Assembly (NCBI RefSeq): GCF_009834535.1
Contig: NC_045697.1
Coordinates: forward strand, 28,150,001-28,214,000
Direction: 5' to 3'
DNA from: Camelus ferus
Lineage: Eukaryota
DNA length: 64,000 nucleotides
Shown here piece by piece: positions 62,231 to 64,000 of the stretch. Every line of letters starts with the position of its first letter. Within the stretch, counting starts at the first letter, position 1. The notes under the pieces are model-generated. The model saw nothing but the letters and a program-made list of their open reading frames with translations, did not search any database and was not told where the DNA came from. A program made the position numbers and the translations under genes.

Positions 62231-64000
62231 TTTACTAGGTACATTACAAATTGTTATTTAAATGTCATAGCAATATATATAACTAGGAGTAAAACTCTGC
62301 ATTTATATACATTCCAAGGAGAATTTTTAAAAGTGTAATTTGCAAGTAAACAGATGTTTTAAAAATCTGACAGAAAGGCTCTTTAGATTTTAATTCTGGT
62401 CTAAGAAGAGAGTGAGAAACAATGACAAACCTAAGGGGAAAGTTTGATTGGCAGCTCTTCCCCAATGCTTGGTACACAACTGGCATTCCATAAATGTTTG
62501 TTGAAAGTCAAGACCAGTATCTTTTCATAAACTCTGTATAATGTTTGAAATTGTCGATAATATCTTAATTCTTACTCAGGAACAAACATTCAGTAAAATG
62601 ATATATAATTTTACTATGAACTAGATTATAAATTCCCATGGAATATTTTCATTCTATTTTACTTTTTCAATTGGAGTAAAACAAAAATCAAATGCCATGA
62701 GAAGTTAAAGCCTAGTTTTGGCATTTCCTCCCTCTGGATCTCAGATACCTTTATCTTTGTAAGACTGCACCGTCTGATGGGAGACTCCCCCATCAGAGAC
62801 TCTGTCCTTACGACTAAGGACTGAGAAAGTATGATGTTTATTTTTTATCTTCTCCGGGGCCTCAGCGACTCTGGTATCTCGTGAATTGCTTAAAGATGTG
62901 CGGTATTGATTGATGTAGGTATCAGCATCGTGACCAGACTTTACCGCCACCCTATTTTCCCCCAGCCCTGGGTAATTATTTCCTTTGGGCTAATGAGGTG
63001 CATCTAGAGAGGGAAGCCAGGGAAGCTTGGGAACCATATTCAGTGCCCTAGGTCTCTGCCCAGGCTGGTTGGTTTCATTTGATGAGATTTCTTTTGGATT
63101 AAAAAAAAATTATATTTAATTGATGTGTTTTAAAGTAGCTTTATATTAGTGAGTGACTAATACTAGTATAATGTTTGTGCCTTTAAAATAACTAAGGTAA
63201 GCTGGGAAGGCACACAGTGACTCAGTGACCATTTGATTGTGCTAAATGGTAGCATGCTCAGGGTATTAAAGTTACCATGAGTATACTATGTTTCAAAACT
63301 ATTGACTGTTTATTTTATTTTTCTGAATAAATTCTCAGAAAATTCTATTGTCACTTCTAAAAAAAAGTAAACATTCTACTTGAAATTAAAAAATAGAATC
63401 AACTAAATTTTAAAAATAGTTTTCCTTAAAGTTATGCATCTTTATAAATCTGAAATACATGGTAAACTGGGCAGTTCAAAAGTGACATTGATGGGGTAAA
63501 TTCTGTGGAAGGAAAGAAGTCCTTGCTTAGTGGTGGCTGAAGCCATGAGGTTAGAAGCTGTCATTCAAGAGCTGTCTGGGTCAGGGACAGAAGAGCTGCT
63601 GCACTGCATGTGAACTTCAGAGAAAGAAAATGCTGGGAAATAAGTTTAGCAAAAGCTGACCTACTTATCTGTCTGATTCTGTATCAGAAACTCAGCAGCA
63701 GAGCTACAGAGAAGGACTGAGGGAGTTAGTTAATCCAGTGGAGAATTCATTTATCTCAGAAACTTTCTGATCAATAAGGCATTGAGCAAATCAGTCGGGA
63801 GACTAAACTCTTACACGATAATAGATCATAACACAAAGGAGGAGAAAGAATGTTAGTTTCTTAAGGGCATGTACTGGGGTGTATTACTGTGTTCCCTGCA
63901 GCACTTAGCGTGTGGTCTACTGTTAAACCTTCGCGTAATAGGCTCTTGCTAATTACTTGTTGAATATAAATATCAAGTAGACTAGGTCCCTGAGGTAAAA

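Noticed and set aside
1..64000. The many 60-140 aa ORFs in the supplied track that do not overlap KLHL5 exons in frame
   Set aside because: No recognisable domains, many TTG/GTG starts, often inside L1/L2/LTR relics. Expected by chance in intronic DNA.
1..64000. CRISPR array, operon, defence system or a second protein-coding gene
   Set aside because: Eukaryotic intron-exon DNA with no repeat-spacer array, long ORF or second exon chain visible on either strand.

Overview
AT-rich, CpG-poor mammalian genomic DNA holding the complete coding region of KLHL5 (kelch-like 5, a BTB-BACK-Kelch CUL3 adaptor) on the + strand. Eleven GT-AG coding exons from ATG 8221 to TAA 58379 sum to 2130 nt (709 aa + stop), followed by a 3' UTR with several poly(A) signals. 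Three tRNA-derived SINEs of the camelid Vic-1 type suggest camel, alpaca or llama. The rest is intronic or flanking DNA with L1, L2, MIR, MaLR LTR and DNA-transposon relics. I see no prokaryote-type system, CRISPR array or second gene. The most unusual signal is the leader of the first coding exon: four ATG-stop elements within 49 nt, a GTG where the human long isoform (from memory) has ATG, and a uORF overlapping the main start. Other leads are a candidate 35-nt upstream micro-exon, a polyadenylated mini-retrocopy of unknown origin, and a young L1 fragment near a branch point. Repeat family names and human comparisons are from memory, and repeat boundaries are approximate.
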